Below, in pieces: positions 31,990-41,860 of a DNA stretch of 64,000 nt. Position 1 is the stretch's first letter, and the number at the start of each line of letters is the position of its first letter. The notes beneath the pieces are model-generated. The model was not told the origin of the DNA, did not search any database, and saw nothing but the letters and a program-made list of their open reading frames with translations. The position numbers and the translations under genes were made by a program. Location: assembly GCA_039925145.1 (NCBI GenBank), contig JBDSZL010000047.1:5216-69215 (forward strand), written 5' to 3'. The DNA comes from Vicinamibacterales bacterium. Its GTDB lineage: Bacteria > Acidobacteriota > Vicinamibacteria > Vicinamibacterales > SCN-69-37.

Positions 31990-32950
31990 GGTACCACTCC
32001 AGGGTTCGCCGAATGCCCTCGCGCAGGCCGACTGTGGGCGCGTATCCCAGTTCACGCCGCGCGCGGTCGATGTCGAACGCACGGCTCTTGCGAAAGAAGT
32101 CTACACGCCGACGGTAGAGCGGCGGCGACACCCGCAGCGGAGCGCAGGCCAGTTCGCACGCGGCGCCCGCCAGCCACACGGGCCAGAGCGGCAGGTTGAT
32201 CCGCGGGCCAGGCCGGCCCGCGACCTCCGCCGTGATGCGCACGAGATCGGCGAGAGTGGTCACTTCCCCGCCGCCGATGATGTACGTGCGTCCCGCTGCC
32301 GCCTCCACCGTGCCTGCCAGTCGAACGCCATCACACAGATCGTCGATGTGCGTGACATGGTAGAAGTGGCGGCCAGTGCCGAGCATGACGAACCGTCCCT
32401 GGGCAATCTGGCCGAACAGCTTGAAGAGGCGGCGATCCCCGGGCCCGTAAATGCCGGTGGGCCTGACGATCACGAGATCCTGGTGGAGCCGTTCCGCGGC
32501 CTCGCGTCCAAGTTGCTCGCCGAGCAGCTTGGTTTCCTGATACACATCGCCGGGTTTGAGCGGTGCATCTTCGTTGGCAGGAGGATGCTCGATGTCGCCG
32601 TGCACACCAACGGTGCTGCAATGCACGACGCGACCGACACCGGCTTCGGCGGCCAGTTCCACGATTGCGGCCACTGCGTCGGCGTTCACGGCCCGGTAGG
32701 CGCTCGCCGGGAGTCCGGCCTCCCGGTAGAGGGCGGCGATGTTATAAACCACATCCGCGCCGGCAATCACGCGGCGGAGGCTGTCTCTGTCGGTCAGGTC
32801 GCCGCCGACAACTTCAATGCCGAGTGCCTGCAGTTCGACGGCCAGTGCCGGCTGCCGGACGAGGACACGCACCTGATCACCTGCGCTGGCAAGACGCCTG
32901 GCCAGATGCCCTCCGGTGAATCCGGTGGCTCCCGTGACCAGTGCCCTCAC
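31970..32950 (-). CDS. NAD-dependent epimerase/dehydratase (extended SDR)
   Basis: LVTGATGFTGGHLARRL Rossmann motif and a YQETK (YxxxK) catalytic motif. Confidence 0.8.
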   Translation of the reverse strand: MRALVTGATGFTGGHLARRLASAGDQVRVLVRQPALAVELQALGIEVVGGDLTDRDSLRRVIAGADVVYNIAALYREAGLPASAYRAVNADAVAAIVELAAEAGVGRVVHCSTVGVHGDIEHPPANEDAPLKPGDVYQETKLLGEQLGREAAERLHQDLVIVRPTGIYGPGDRRLFKLFGQIAQGRFVMLGTGRHFYHVTHIDDLCDGVRLAGTVEAAAGRTYIIGGGEVTTLADLVRITAEVAGRPGPRINLPLWPVWLAGAACELACAPLRVSPPLYRRRVDFFRKSRAFDIDRARRELGYAPTVGLREGIRRTLEWYRDQGWI

Positions 32951-33711
32951 CGTTCGGCCACCATACTCACCGGCGACCCGAGCAGCCGCAGCAGTCCCAG
33001 CCGCGCCAGGACTCGCTCGAGCTTCAACGTCACGCCAGGTCGATTGACGACCTTGTGGATCGCGATAGGCATGACGAACTGGCGTCGCACGGTCACGATA
33101 CGGAAACCATGCCGCGCGAACACGGCCCTCACATCGTGTTCACTGATGACGCGGTATGCCTCGACACGTCGTCCGAGCCACTTGCGCGTGCGGCGCACCG
33201 TGCTCTCGATGGCGGCTCCGCTTCCGAGCGCCGGAAAGTCGACGACAACGCGCCAGCGGGCAACGCGGCACAACTCGCCGACGCACATCGGCCAATCGAT
33301 CGCGTGCATGAGCACGCGCAGGCACACCGCGGCGTCGGCGGACCGATCGGGCAGAGGCAGACGATGGGCGTCGGCGACGCCAAAGACCACAGCCGCGCCG
33401 GCGTCCGACGCGCGGCGCCTGGCAACGTCGAGCATCTCGACCGAAGCATCGAGTCCCGTGACACGTGCGCCTTCGAGGGCCAGCCCAATGGCGGCACGCC
33501 CCGTGCCGGTGCCGACGTCGACGACGTGGCGTCCGGCAAGCGGTGAGAGCGCCTCGATCAGTAGCCGCTGCTGCTCGCGCAGCAGGTGCTGTCCAATCGG
33601 GCCGCTGAATCGCAACGCGTCGAAGCCTTCGGCGACGTCGCGATTGGCGTAGTGCGCGTAGCTATAGTGCGTGCGCTCCGATTCCGGGGCCGAGTCTGAC
33701 GAGGGGCTCAC
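32947..33711 (-). CDS. Class I SAM-dependent methyltransferase
   Basis: Motif I VVDVGTGTGRAAIGLALEGARV. It has 4-nt overlaps with both neighbouring genes. Confidence 0.8.
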   Translation of the reverse strand: MSPSSDSAPESERTHYSYAHYANRDVAEGFDALRFSGPIGQHLLREQQRLLIEALSPLAGRHVVDVGTGTGRAAIGLALEGARVTGLDASVEMLDVARRRASDAGAAVVFGVADAHRLPLPDRSADAAVCLRVLMHAIDWPMCVGELCRVARWRVVVDFPALGSGAAIESTVRRTRKWLGRRVEAYRVISEHDVRAVFARHGFRIVTVRRQFVMPIAIHKVVNRPGVTLKLERVLARLGLLRLLGSPVSMVAER

Positions 33712-34907
33712 GCCACGCCCCGCTCGGGCTCGGGCCTCGCTGCGGGAAACAGCAGGTCGAGCGCAGCGCGCGTTTTGTCGATGTACGCCCGATCGCTATA
33801 GCGCGTGTCAGCCATCGACTTGGCCGCACGACCGATCTCCGCCGTGCGCTCGGGATCGGCAAACGCCTGGAGCATGGCCGCAGCGAATGCGGCCGGGGTG
33901 GGCGCGGCGAGGATGGCTGTCTGCGCCGAGAGCACCTGCGTATGCGTGCGCAGGTTGGTCGCGATGATGGCGCGGCCCGATCGCAGGTACTGATAGATCT
34001 TGAGCGGCGTGTTCGTGCCCGTTGAACGAGGAGAAACCAGCACGGTCGCCGCATCGAGATACGCCGGAATCTCGCCCGCCGGCCGTTGCCCTGTCAGCAC
34101 CACCTGCTGCTCGAGACCCAGGCGGGTAATCTGCTCGCGTGCCGCAGCGACCTGAGACTCGTCGCCGCCGACCAGCACGAGCCGCGCATCAGGACGAAGC
34201 GCCACCACGCGGACCATTGCCTCGTACAGCAGGTCGAGTCCCTGGTAATGCTCGAAGGTGCCCGTGTACAGCGCCACCGGGGCGTCGGCCGATACACCGA
34301 GCGCGGCGCGGACTGCGGCGCCAGTGCCCTCCTGTGGCTGATCGCCAGAGCCCGGCGCATTTTCGATCAACACGGTCGGCACGTCGGTATTCACCTGTCG
34401 CACGGTCTCCTCGAGATCGGGACAGATGACGATGACCACCCTCGACCCGCGAATCATCAGGCGCTCGAGCCAGCGCAGGATCGCGGCGAGCCCCGGCATG
34501 CCGCGATAGCCGAAGTTCTCCACCTGCTGCGGCAGGCTGGAGTGCATGTCGTACAGATGCGGCACGCGCAACAGGGCGGCTAGGACCACGCCAATGCCAC
34601 CGCCCTCTTCGTGTGAGTGCACGGCGTCGTACTTCGTGGTCAGCGCGCGGCGTATCGCGGTCAGCGCGAGTGCCAGGTTGAGCGGCACCTTTGCCCACGA
34701 CGGCCCGATGCCGATGCGGGTCATGTACGGCGGCCTGATCGACCGGAAAATCCGGAGGCCCTGCATCTCGACGTCGTGCCCGAATGGATAGGTCACCAGG
34801 TCGACCGTATGCCCGAGCGTCGTCAGCGCGCGGATCCGGTGGAACTCGGAGAAAGGAGTGCCCCGGGGCTCGAAGAACGGCTCCGGCGCGATCATCAGGA
34901 TGTGCAT
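33708..34907 (-). CDS. Glycosyltransferase family 4
   Basis: The start is set at ATG 34907 (MHILMIAPEPFFEPRGTP). It has a GT-B C-terminal domain. Confidence 0.8.
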   Translation of the reverse strand: MHILMIAPEPFFEPRGTPFSEFHRIRALTTLGHTVDLVTYPFGHDVEMQGLRIFRSIRPPYMTRIGIGPSWAKVPLNLALALTAIRRALTTKYDAVHSHEEGGGIGVVLAALLRVPHLYDMHSSLPQQVENFGYRGMPGLAAILRWLERLMIRGSRVVIVICPDLEETVRQVNTDVPTVLIENAPGSGDQPQEGTGAAVRAALGVSADAPVALYTGTFEHYQGLDLLYEAMVRVVALRPDARLVLVGGDESQVAAAREQITRLGLEQQVVLTGQRPAGEIPAYLDAATVLVSPRSTGTNTPLKIYQYLRSGRAIIATNLRTHTQVLSAQTAILAAPTPAAFAAAMLQAFADPERTAEIGRAAKSMADTRYSDRAYIDKTRAALDLLFPAARPEPERGVA

Positions 34908-34993
34908 GCGCGGCAGCCCGCAACACGCGGGTGGTGTCGGGTGGTACATGCTACACTACGCCGCCGGTTCGACGGACCGCCGGCCCTAAGCAC

Positions 34994-36013
34994 GTGACTT
35001 CACCGCCCCAAGCCTCGCGACACGCCAAGGCGCTCAAACAGACGCTCATCTGGGTCATCAAGATTGCGGTCAGCGCAGGACTGCTGTACCTCCTGCTCTC
35101 GCGCGTCGATTTGCAGCGGCTGTGGCAGGTCGCGCGAACGGCCTCGTTGGGATGGCTCGCCACGGCGCTGCTGTTGTACCTCGTCTCGGCGCTCATCAGC
35201 GCGTGGCGCTGGGGCGTGCTGCTCGAGGCGCAGCACATCGAGCTGCCTTTCGTGACGGTGCTCAATTCCTTTCTGGTCGCGACGTTCTTCAATAACTTTC
35301 TGCCTTCGAACATCGGCGGCGACGTCGTCCGCATTCGAGATACATCCCGCGCCGCCGGCTCGAAGACTCTGGCTGCGACGGTGGTGCTGCTCGACCGTGG
35401 TCTCGGATTGCTCGGACTGGTGTTCGTCGCGGCCATGGGGGCGACAATCGCGGCGTGGCACAGCGAGGCGCTCGGGCCCATCGGCCCTGGACTGCTCTGG
35501 ATGATGCTGGCCGGGGGCATTGCCCTGAGTGCGCCGCTCGTGCTGATGCCGCAGAGCGCCCGACTGCTGCTCCGGCCGTTCGAACGGCTGCATCAGGAGT
35601 GGGTGCGGCAGCAGATCGAGCGGCTGACGATTGCCCTCGGCAAGTTCCGGGCGGCGCCGGGCGCGCTGCTCCGGGGGTTCATCGGCGCCATTCTCGTGCA
35701 GGCGACCATCGTCGGCTTCTACGCGGCGGTGGCACGCGCGCTGCTGATTCCCATTCCCGTGGCGCACCTCTCGATGCTGGTGCCGCTGTCGTTCCTCGTG
35801 CAGATGCTGCCCGTGTCGGTCAATGGCTTTGGCGTGCGCGAGGCGACGTTCAGTTTCTATTTCGCGAAGCTGCACCTGCCGCTCGAGTCGGCCCTCGCGC
35901 TGTCGTTCATCGGCGCCGTGCTGATCATGCTGTTCTCGACTTCAGGCGCGGTGGCCTACCTGCTCCGACGCGGCCATCGCGCCGACACGGCTTATCTCGG
36001 CTCGTCTTCGTAG
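34994..36013 (+). CDS. Flippase-like membrane protein (UPF0104 / lysyl-PG synthase TM-region family)
   Basis: Polytopic protein. FFNNFLPSNIGGDVVRI matches the family signature as I recall it. I propose GTG 34994 as the start, because the ORF region upstream of it is Arg-rich and overlaps the divergent GT4 gene. Confidence 0.7.
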   Translation: MTSPPQASRHAKALKQTLIWVIKIAVSAGLLYLLLSRVDLQRLWQVARTASLGWLATALLLYLVSALISAWRWGVLLEAQHIELPFVTVLNSFLVATFFNNFLPSNIGGDVVRIRDTSRAAGSKTLAATVVLLDRGLGLLGLVFVAAMGATIAAWHSEALGPIGPGLLWMMLAGGIALSAPLVLMPQSARLLLRPFERLHQEWVRQQIERLTIALGKFRAAPGALLRGFIGAILVQATIVGFYAAVARALLIPIPVAHLSMLVPLSFLVQMLPVSVNGFGVREATFSFYFAKLHLPLESALALSFIGAVLIMLFSTSGAVAYLLRRGHRADTAYLGSSS

Positions 36014-37833
36014 ACGAACCGCGGCCTGACGAACACCCCGAGATTGCGTGTGTCCTTGGAGCCGGGTTCCCGCTCGGCGGGCACAAACCCGTTCGACGTC
36101 GTCATGTGCAGCACGTACGCGTAGCTCTGGTGATAACGCTCGCCCTCGAGGCTGCCGATCTGCACGCGCGACTCCTGCCCGGCCTTTAACGTCACCGAGA
36201 ACGGCCGACCGTCGAGCCGGCCCTCGACCGTGTTTTCGATCGGCGCGCTGAAGATGATGTCCATCCGCTTGAGCACGTGCTCCGTCCTGACGACAATCTC
36301 GGCCGTCGCCTGGCCCGCGATCCAGAGCCCGTCCCCTTCGGCCGAGTAGGTATGGCCGTCCATGTAGTAGAGGAGCACCGTCGGCTCGCGTACGAATAGG
36401 ATCGGACCGCGGAGCTGGTTCAGCCGGACGGGCAGATCGTTCAGCAGCGTGATCTCGATGGGCAGCCAGCGGAGGGGCGCCCGCTCGACGTTCTTCCACG
36501 TCGCCGCGGAAGCCGCAAAAGGATGCAGCACCATGGCGCCGGTGAACGCCACCCCTCCTGCGAGCGCGAGGACGGCGGTGGGCAGCCCAATGCCCGTCCA
36601 GGCTAGAAATAGCAGCGGCGGATAGAGACTGAGAAAGTAGCGGTTTCCAGGCGGCCCTCCTCCGCCGTTCCAGCTGTCGGGAAAGAACACGATCAGCGCC
36701 GCCACTGATCCGGCGACCGCGAGCGCGGTGGCGACCTGCCACACACGCACGCGTCGAGGGTGCAGGAGCCAGCCGGCGGCGATCACAACCCCCGGGAAAT
36801 AGAACGGGATGAGGCCTGCGTGGCGGCCGACGAAGAAGTAGAGCACGTTGATCGGCACCTGCTCGAGCGCGTCGGATGCGAGCACTCGACCGGTGTCGGC
36901 GTCGTTGGTGACCATCGCATGGCCTGTGGTGTCGAACCTGGTGCCCTGCTCATCGAATGGGTACGCGTCGTAGAACGACCGCCGATCGGTCGTCTGCTGC
37001 GCACCCTGATAGTTCGCCTCGCCGGTGATCAGCGCGTTGAGACCGAAGAGTCCCGCCGTCGAGGCCACGAACACGACCGCGACCAGCAGGCCCTCTCTGA
37101 TTCGACGGCCGATCAGCGCGTCGACGACGAGCGGCGCGATCAGCGCGGCATTCGTGCCTTTCGAGAACGCCGCCAGGCCAATCAGCAGTGCGGCGATCAG
37201 GGTGGTGGCCGGCGATGTGAGCCAGCGTCGCGGCTCTGCCGATGCCACCTTCTTGTAGAGCCATAGAAAGTACGCGAAGAACACCAGCGAGAAATTGAAG
37301 ACCTCTGACGTGAGCCAGGCGCCGAACACCGGCACCACAGATGCCATGACGAACGCGAACGCGAGCAACCACCCGGTGAGCCGGCCCGTCACGGCAGCAG
37401 CGAAGAGCGCACCGCACCAGATGCAACCCGCGAGGAGCAGGCCGTTGAAAATCAACATCCCGCCGAGACCTCCGACGACGACGAAGGGCGCCGCGGCGGC
37501 CGGGTAGATCAGCGCCTTGCCGAAGGAGAGACTTTCGTCGGCGGGTACGGGCGACGGATTGTGCAGGCTGAAGTGATAGCTCCGTTTGAGGAAAATTCCG
37601 CTGGGGCCCCGCTCGTACACAGCCTTGAAGCGACGGTAGTCCTCCGGCCGCCATCTCAGGTCGCCGTCGTTCGCAAGGCTCGACGCCATGGCGATGTAGG
37701 TCGCCTCATCCCCCTTGATGTCGCCCGCGACGTGGCGGACATCGATGAGGCGGCCACAGAGTGTCGCCAGAACGACTGCTCCGACCACGACGAGCCACTT
37801 CGAGAGCTGACCGTGCTGCATGAGTCGCTGCAT
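35992..37833 (-). CDS. GT-C-type membrane glycosyltransferase (GT39/ArnT/PMT_2-like) with C-terminal periplasmic domain
   Basis: The start is set at ATG 37833. The first-loop GDEATYIAMASSLANDGDL segment resembles the GT-C DE-x-x-Y motif. About 10+ TM segments are followed by a roughly 170-aa soluble tail. Confidence 0.65.
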   Translation of the reverse strand: MQRLMQHGQLSKWLVVVGAVVLATLCGRLIDVRHVAGDIKGDEATYIAMASSLANDGDLRWRPEDYRRFKAVYERGPSGIFLKRSYHFSLHNPSPVPADESLSFGKALIYPAAAAPFVVVGGLGGMLIFNGLLLAGCIWCGALFAAAVTGRLTGWLLAFAFVMASVVPVFGAWLTSEVFNFSLVFFAYFLWLYKKVASAEPRRWLTSPATTLIAALLIGLAAFSKGTNAALIAPLVVDALIGRRIREGLLVAVVFVASTAGLFGLNALITGEANYQGAQQTTDRRSFYDAYPFDEQGTRFDTTGHAMVTNDADTGRVLASDALEQVPINVLYFFVGRHAGLIPFYFPGVVIAAGWLLHPRRVRVWQVATALAVAGSVAALIVFFPDSWNGGGGPPGNRYFLSLYPPLLFLAWTGIGLPTAVLALAGGVAFTGAMVLHPFAASAATWKNVERAPLRWLPIEITLLNDLPVRLNQLRGPILFVREPTVLLYYMDGHTYSAEGDGLWIAGQATAEIVVRTEHVLKRMDIIFSAPIENTVEGRLDGRPFSVTLKAGQESRVQIGSLEGERYHQSYAYVLHMTTSNGFVPAEREPGSKDTRNLGVFVRPRFVYEDEPR

Positions 37834-37903
37834 AGTAATCGATGACCAGCCGTCAATCGCGCCGGGCCGGTCTTTCGATGCAGGCCGCCCTATCTGGCGT
37901 GGC

Positions 37904-39562
37904 TCACGGCCAGCGCGTGATCTGGTAGAGCCAGATGTCCGGGCCCCGCAGCAGCGGACGGAGATAGGCCTCGTAATCACGGAGACGCTGCGTGATGACC
38001 TGCCGGCCGGCCTCGTCGTAGTCCTCGAGCCGCCAGAGGACGTACCGGACGTCGCGCGCCTTCATGATCGCGAACGATGCGGCGTCCGGGAAGGCGTTGA
38101 TGGGCAATGCGATCTCGTACATGTCCGGTGGTGTGACATCGCTGTAGCCATTCACCATCGGCTGCCAGTGGTACGTAGACCAGAACATGGGCCAGCCGTG
38201 CGTGTGGAAGGTATTGGGCGTATAGGGAAATGGAAACTCGACGAGCGGGGCGCGCGGTAGCCCCGCGAGCTTGCTGTAGGCGGCCGGTACCGGAGGCAGA
38301 TCGCGCAACGGCCACGACGGCCACCCGTGCTCCGGCGTGCGGACGCTGAGCTCGCAAGCAACAAGCAGTACGAGGACAGCTGGAAGCCAACGGCGTCGAC
38401 GCTCCAGACGGGCGACTCCGAATCCGGCCACGACTGCCAGCGCGAACGTCGCCACCACTCCAAACCGGGATGGAGCGCGCAGCAGCGTCATGCCGGGTAC
38501 GCCCTGCTGGAGCAGCCAATAGAGACCGGCGCGTGGGCCGAATGATGCCCAGCAGGCAACGGCGGCCATGACGACGTAGCCCACAACAACGCGCGGACGG
38601 ATGCCCCGCCAGACCTCCACCAGACCCACGACGGCCAGCGCGATTACGGCCATGCCGGGGAACAGCACGTCCTCCCACTGCTGCCAGCGCGCCAGGGCGG
38701 GCAACCACCAGTCGTGAGCCACCGCGCTCGATGCGAGATACGACGACCAGTTGGCCGAGTACCCGTCAGATTGAACCGCCCGGCGCAGAAACGTCGAGCC
38801 CGATGCGACCCGTGCAGCCGCGAAGAGACGAAACACGGGGTACAAGAATGCCGCCCCGGCGAGGACCGCGATGCCCAGTCCCACCCAGTACGCTTTGTCC
38901 CGTTTGGCAAGGACCAGTGCGAGCGCGGCGAGACTGCAGCCAGCGAAGATGCCGTAGTAGCCGCACGCGAGCGCCGCCACGGCCAGTGCGGCGCCGAGCT
39001 CCACGCCGCGCCACACATTGGGCCGTTCTGCGAGCCGGTGGTAGGCGAGCATCACGAGCGGGAACGCGAAAATCATCAGCAGCTGAACATGCGCCGTTCG
39101 GGCGGTCATGTAGGGACAGAACGTAAATGCGGTTGCGGCGACCAGCCCGGCTCCGTCCGAGCCGCTGAGCCTCCGCACCAGTGCCCACATCACGACGAAA
39201 CAGAGGAGCAGCGCCGTCGCCACCGCGCCGTTGAGCGCGGCCAGGGCACTGCCAGTCACGGCGTACCAGGGCAGTCCCAGTATCCCCGCTACGAGATTCA
39301 ACTCGGAGTAGGCCAGCGTGCCCTTGTGGGGCCACATGATGTTGGCGTCGAGCAGACTGCCGGGATCGGTCAGGAGCGCGTGGTCGATCCATGCCACATT
39401 CCAGATGCTGAAACGCCCGTCGTCAGTATCGAGCCGGCCTGCTGTTGTCGGGTGCGTGAGGGTCGGGGCCGTGAGGATCGCCACGAGGACGGCGCCGAGC
39501 AGCGTGGTGCGCCAGAAGAGCCACCAGCCGCGGGCCTCGCTGCGGTCAGGAGGCATGCGCAT
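37904..39562 (-). CDS. Polytopic membrane protein, putative GT-C-like glycosyltransferase
   Basis: 552 aa with many TM segments. The early periplasmic loop reads DTDDGRFSIWNVAWIDHAL. The C-terminal soluble part ends with YVLW..ITRWP. The function is inferred only. Confidence 0.5.
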   Translation of the reverse strand: MRMPPDRSEARGWWLFWRTTLLGAVLVAILTAPTLTHPTTAGRLDTDDGRFSIWNVAWIDHALLTDPGSLLDANIMWPHKGTLAYSELNLVAGILGLPWYAVTGSALAALNGAVATALLLCFVVMWALVRRLSGSDGAGLVAATAFTFCPYMTARTAHVQLLMIFAFPLVMLAYHRLAERPNVWRGVELGAALAVAALACGYYGIFAGCSLAALALVLAKRDKAYWVGLGIAVLAGAAFLYPVFRLFAAARVASGSTFLRRAVQSDGYSANWSSYLASSAVAHDWWLPALARWQQWEDVLFPGMAVIALAVVGLVEVWRGIRPRVVVGYVVMAAVACWASFGPRAGLYWLLQQGVPGMTLLRAPSRFGVVATFALAVVAGFGVARLERRRRWLPAVLVLLVACELSVRTPEHGWPSWPLRDLPPVPAAYSKLAGLPRAPLVEFPFPYTPNTFHTHGWPMFWSTYHWQPMVNGYSDVTPPDMYEIALPINAFPDAASFAIMKARDVRYVLWRLEDYDEAGRQVITQRLRDYEAYLRPLLRGPDIWLYQITRWP

Positions 39563-40695
39563 CAGCCTGCGAGCGTCGTGAAGATCCGGCGGTGCCGCCC
39601 TGGCAGCGCGAAGATGTGCCGGCTATGGAGCCGCTTCAGGAAGAACGGGTCGTCGCCCGCCGCCACCGCGAGCCGTCCCGACAGTCGATTCGCGTAGGCG
39701 CTAGCGAAGCCCAGCCGCTCGAGTGCCGCGCGGGTGGTTGCGCCTGTGATTCCCCAAGGGAGGCAGACATGTCGGACCGGCTTCTTCAAACGCGCTTCGA
39801 GTTCGTCGCGCGACTGCGACAGTTCGCTTTCGATTTCATGACGTTGTTCGGCGACGCTCTCCCACCGGCCCGGAAAGGTGCCCTCGAGGAGAGGCGCCAG
39901 CTCCCTCCGCCAGCCGGCATGACGGAAGAACGCCGCGCCACCACCGGCCTCGACCACGCGTTCGATCCGGGCGGATGCGTCCGCGTCTGGCCAGAAGCGA
40001 CGGCCATCTGACATGCGCGATCGACGCGCGAACATCGGATGGCCAAGGCGCGACGGCTGCAGGAACTCGAGCTGTGTGCCGGCGTTGACGCGTGGATGGA
40101 TAATCGAGGGCTCGCGGCCGAACGCCTCGTCCACGACGCCGGTGACCGTTTGGCCGCTGAAGATCATCGAGTGCGACCACGTGTGTGACTGCACATCGAC
40201 CCGGCCAGAGTCCGACAGCGCCCGAAGTTCGGGCCAGGTGACGAACGGGTTGTCGGCGCGGTCGGCGGCCGCAGCATCCACGGGCCCATCAGTGCCGGTG
40301 CTGCGCACTTCTGGTGCATCCACCAGGCGGGCGGGGATGGCGTAGGTCACCGCACGTAGGTCGTATTTCTCGAGCAGGGGGCCGACCACCAGCCATAAGC
40401 TGGCAAACGCATCGTCGAAGGCCAGCATGACCGTCCGGGCTCCCGGGTGTCTGCCCTCTCGCACCAGGCGCGCCGCGTCGTCTGAGAGGACGGTGCGGTA
40501 GCCATTCTCGGCGAGATAACGGAAGGCAGGTTCGAGCACAGCCGCTGTGGTCTGATGAAAATGAAAAACTGGGAGCAGCGTGCCGACCGGCAATCCGAAC
40601 AGGAATCCGGGATAACGGCCGGCCGCCAGATCGAGCACACCACGGAGCCGGCCGCCTTGTTCGTCGAAGGGCGCTCCTGGTGGAACGTTCGGCAT
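39562..40695 (-). CDS. Polysaccharide deacetylase (NodB homology domain) family protein
   Basis: NodB motifs MLAFDDAF and VQSHTWSH. It shares 1-nt stop/start overlaps (TGATG) at both ends. Confidence 0.8.
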   Translation of the reverse strand: MPNVPPGAPFDEQGGRLRGVLDLAAGRYPGFLFGLPVGTLLPVFHFHQTTAAVLEPAFRYLAENGYRTVLSDDAARLVREGRHPGARTVMLAFDDAFASLWLVVGPLLEKYDLRAVTYAIPARLVDAPEVRSTGTDGPVDAAAADRADNPFVTWPELRALSDSGRVDVQSHTWSHSMIFSGQTVTGVVDEAFGREPSIIHPRVNAGTQLEFLQPSRLGHPMFARRSRMSDGRRFWPDADASARIERVVEAGGGAAFFRHAGWRRELAPLLEGTFPGRWESVAEQRHEIESELSQSRDELEARLKKPVRHVCLPWGITGATTRAALERLGFASAYANRLSGRLAVAAGDDPFFLKRLHSRHIFALPGRHRRIFTTLAG

Positions 40696-41690
40696 CAGGC
40701 AACCGTCAGCATACCATCGCGTTTATCGACCGGCTTCCGACCGCGCGCTTCGAGACCGTTGAATCCAGGCCGCACCTCGATCGCCTCGAGGCCTGCCCCG
40801 CCCAACCACTGGCGAACGGTTCGGATGTTGCGCGGATGGTCGTGCGCGGGGCTGAGCATGTCGAAGGTGTCGAGCAGGCAAAGCTCGAACTGCTTGTCGT
40901 CTGAGACGGCGAAGTAGCCGCGGTAGTCACACACACTGACCACCTGGCCGATCATCCGCGCGACTCGCGAGCCGAAGACCCGATGCGGCAGAGCCAGGGC
41001 TGGGTAGGCGACCTTCACGTAGGCCCGTACCAGCGGAAAGAGTCGCTCGGGCGGGATGCGCCGCGTGAGTGGCCTGACGTAGTACTTTCCCTGAAACAGG
41101 CACTTCCACGAGAGCCGATAAATGTCGACGACGATCTCGCCGCCGGGCTTGAGAAATGGGACCAGAGAACGAAAGGCCACCGCCGGATCCGGGCAGTGTT
41201 GCAGGACGCCGAAACAGAAGATCTTGTCGAAGAGGCCGTGGCGAAGCGGGAGCCGGTGGATGTCGGCCTGGAGAAACTCGACGTTCTCGAGTTGATCGTG
41301 ATTGCGCTTTGCCGCTTCTACAGCTGACGAATAATCGAAGCTGACGACACGCGCGCCCGTGCTCGCTGCATGCGCCGTAAAGCGACCAGCGCCACAGCCG
41401 GCTTCGAGAATCAGTTGGCCGCGGAGATCGTGGCTCCAGCGTGTCTCCTTCCGGAACCGATCGCGCGACGCGTCGATGCCCCAATGGTCGTCAAGTTGGG
41501 CCTGAGCAAACCTATTCCATTGGAACCCGAACGAACGCGCGTAGTTGTCGGCCGAGACAAAGCGAGGGATCCCGTCGACAGTCGGAAACGACGCGGCGCA
41601 GCCGGGACATGCGAATCCGCCGGATGCGACGGTCAGCTCGGAAGAGCACGAAGGGCAGGCCAGCAGGCTGCTGAGGAACGGAACTTTCAT
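40695..41690 (-). CDS. SAM-dependent methyltransferase with N-terminal Trm112-like zinc ribbon
   Basis: The start is set at ATG 41690. The zinc ribbon is CPSCSSEL..FACPGCAASFPTVDGIPRFV. Motif I is ILEAGCGAGRFT. Confidence 0.8.
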   Translation of the reverse strand: MKVPFLSSLLACPSCSSELTVASGGFACPGCAASFPTVDGIPRFVSADNYARSFGFQWNRFAQAQLDDHWGIDASRDRFRKETRWSHDLRGQLILEAGCGAGRFTAHAASTGARVVSFDYSSAVEAAKRNHDQLENVEFLQADIHRLPLRHGLFDKIFCFGVLQHCPDPAVAFRSLVPFLKPGGEIVVDIYRLSWKCLFQGKYYVRPLTRRIPPERLFPLVRAYVKVAYPALALPHRVFGSRVARMIGQVVSVCDYRGYFAVSDDKQFELCLLDTFDMLSPAHDHPRNIRTVRQWLGGAGLEAIEVRPGFNGLEARGRKPVDKRDGMLTVA

Positions 41691-41860
41691 TACGGCGATC
41701 AGGTGCCTCGGCTGGTGCAGGACGCACGGCACCTGCCGGGCCAACCGGATTATTCCCTACCTGTCCAGAGGAGTCCATGCATCCGATCCGGCGGCGGAAG
41801 CGAACGGGATTCGTCGTGCCTCATTGACTGGTATGCTCAGCGCCGATTGATGAAGCGGGG

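Noticed and set aside
41691-41860. Possible sigma-70 -35 box (TTGACT) and a GGTGCC..GGCACC inverted repeat in the divergent region between the zinc-ribbon methyltransferase and the GT2 gene
   Set aside because: There is no convincing -10 box at proper spacing. The inverted repeat has only a 6-bp stem with a 20-nt loop.
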